A program made the translations under genes and the position numbers. DNA of 25,943 nt, taken from the IMG/VR virus record IMGVR_UViG_3300030207_002135, positions 1-25,943 of that record, one strand, 5' to 3'. The DNA comes from a virus. Lineage: Duplodnaviria > Caudoviricetes. The number at the start of each line of letters is the position of its first letter. The first letter of the stretch is position 1. Positions 25,041 to 25,943 of the stretch are shown here, piece by piece. The notes under the pieces are model-generated. The model was not told where the DNA came from, searched no databases, and saw only the letters and a program-made list of their open reading frames with translations.

Positions 25041-25369
25041 TGGGATTACAAGTAGAAATTTATCGCTCCGATACTTTCGGAGATTGCACTAACGGGGGCA
25101 TAAGCTCCCGAGTAGGGGTTAGAGGTTTTACTCTAACCAATGTAGAAGGAGCCGATACTCCTAATGCAAACTACCCCGCCGCTAAGTTAAAGAAAGGAGC
25201 TTTTAACTCCGTTCATATAAAACCGGCTTGGAATGAAGACCAACACACTATGGACGGCGGCAACTTCGCCGCAACCTGTGATAGTAGGTTTAACTCCGCT
25301 ATAAAAGAGTTAATAGGCCACCACTTTTACGGGGCCGTAGCTATACACGATAGAGTGGAGGATTATTAG
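25040..25369 (+). CDS. Conserved-type phage hypothetical protein
   Basis: 109 aa; DCTNGGISS, GGNFAATCDSRF, AIHDRVE; GGAGG SD and TAATG coupling. Confidence 0.8.
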   Translation: MGLQVEIYRSDTFGDCTNGGISSRVGVRGFTLTNVEGADTPNANYPAAKLKKGAFNSVHIKPAWNEDQHTMDGGNFAATCDSRFNSAIKELIGHHFYGAVAIHDRVEDY

Positions 25370-25371
25370 TT

Positions 25372-25530
25372 ATGAATCAAAAGGAGTACCACGAGGCGTT
25401 AGGTAGGTTAAGCGATCAATATATGTTCGACGAAACTATGACCAACGCCGAGTACCTCCTACAAAAAAAACACATCGAAACTACTTATTTAAAATCAATT
25501 TACAACCCCCAAAATGAAACTACTAACTAA
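25372..25530 (+). CDS. Small hypothetical protein (52 aa)
   Basis: Not in ORF track. MNQKEYHEALGRLSDQYMFDETMTNAEYLLQKKHIETTYLKSIYNPQNETTN*; GGAGG upstream; fills the gap. Confidence 0.7.
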   Translation: MNQKEYHEALGRLSDQYMFDETMTNAEYLLQKKHIETTYLKSIYNPQNETTN

Positions 25531-25840
25531 AGAACTATTAAACAAACTTCCAAAGCTTTATAGCCAACCCGCTCACGAAAACCCCGAAGAAGAAATGGTG
25601 TTTTACGTTAAGCTTTTTACACCCGATAGTAATTGGACTTGGTTTATAGCCGAATATGACCCTAAAACGGAAATAGCTTGGGGTTACGTTAAAGGACAAG
25701 AAAAAGAATTTGGCTCTTTCGATATGAAAGAAATTAAATCTATAAGAGGTCCTTTTGGTCTACCGGTCGAGCGTGATATTTGCTTCGATACTATTAAAGA
25801 AAAAGAATTAATGAAAAAGATAGAGGAGGGAACCGATTAG
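25514..25840 (+). CDS. DUF2958-family protein
   Basis: VKLFTPDSNWTWFIAEYDP, EFGSF, GPFGLPVERD motifs. Confidence 0.85.
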   Translation: MKLLTKELLNKLPKLYSQPAHENPEEEMVFYVKLFTPDSNWTWFIAEYDPKTEIAWGYVKGQEKEFGSFDMKEIKSIRGPFGLPVERDICFDTIKEKELMKKIEEGTD

Positions 25841-25943
25841 TGAGCCAATTTTACGACGAACTTAAGGAACTCCCCTTGTTTAAACCGACTTTAAAAATGT
25901 CTAAGTTGCAACAACAATGGGAGGATTGTAAAAAAAATCAACC
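25840..25943 (+). CDS. Partial hypothetical protein, runs off the window edge
   Basis: GTG overlapping the upstream TAG, with GGAGG upstream; MSQFYDELKELPLFKPTLKMSKLQQQWEDCKKNQ open to the edge. Confidence 0.5.
   Translation, partial: MSQFYDELKELPLFKPTLKMSKLQQQWEDCKKNQ

Noticed and set aside
1-25943. Stop-codon reassignment or a diversity-generating retroelement
   Set aside because: Genes are full length under the standard code, with TAA, TAG and TGA all used as stops. No reverse transcriptase or template/variable repeat pair was seen.

Overview
AT-rich tailed-phage (siphovirus) genome segment. From right to left on the minus strand it carries an HTH replication initiator with an internal iteron origin, a Cys-motif protein, a ParB-like/DNA-methyltransferase fusion, terminase, portal, a Mu-F/SPP1 gp7-like head protein, four small very basic proteins, scaffold, major capsid, neck genes, tail tube, a frameshifted G/GT chaperone, tape measure, lambda-like M-L-K-I-J tail tip and tail-fibre genes. 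rusA is inverted inside this run. A divergent promoter near 24.3 kb starts a plus-strand cluster of small early-type genes. The protein styles recall marine cyanophage-like siphoviruses (from memory; host not provable here). The most unusual element is the 702-aa methyltransferase, whose SAM-binding and catalytic halves are split by an apparently intact PLP-dependent fold-type II (ACC deaminase/D-cysteine desulfhydrase-like) domain: a candidate one-polypeptide DNA hypermodification enzyme. Also notable are an ~89-nt multi-stem RNA with its own -10 box, four UUACG-loop hairpins at the scaffold and capsid 5' ends, overlapping head-to-head start codons (rep/rusA), and a mirror-symmetric divergent promoter. 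No tRNA, rRNA, CRISPR array, integrase or lysis gene was recognised. All calls are by-eye motif recognition and synteny, not database searches.
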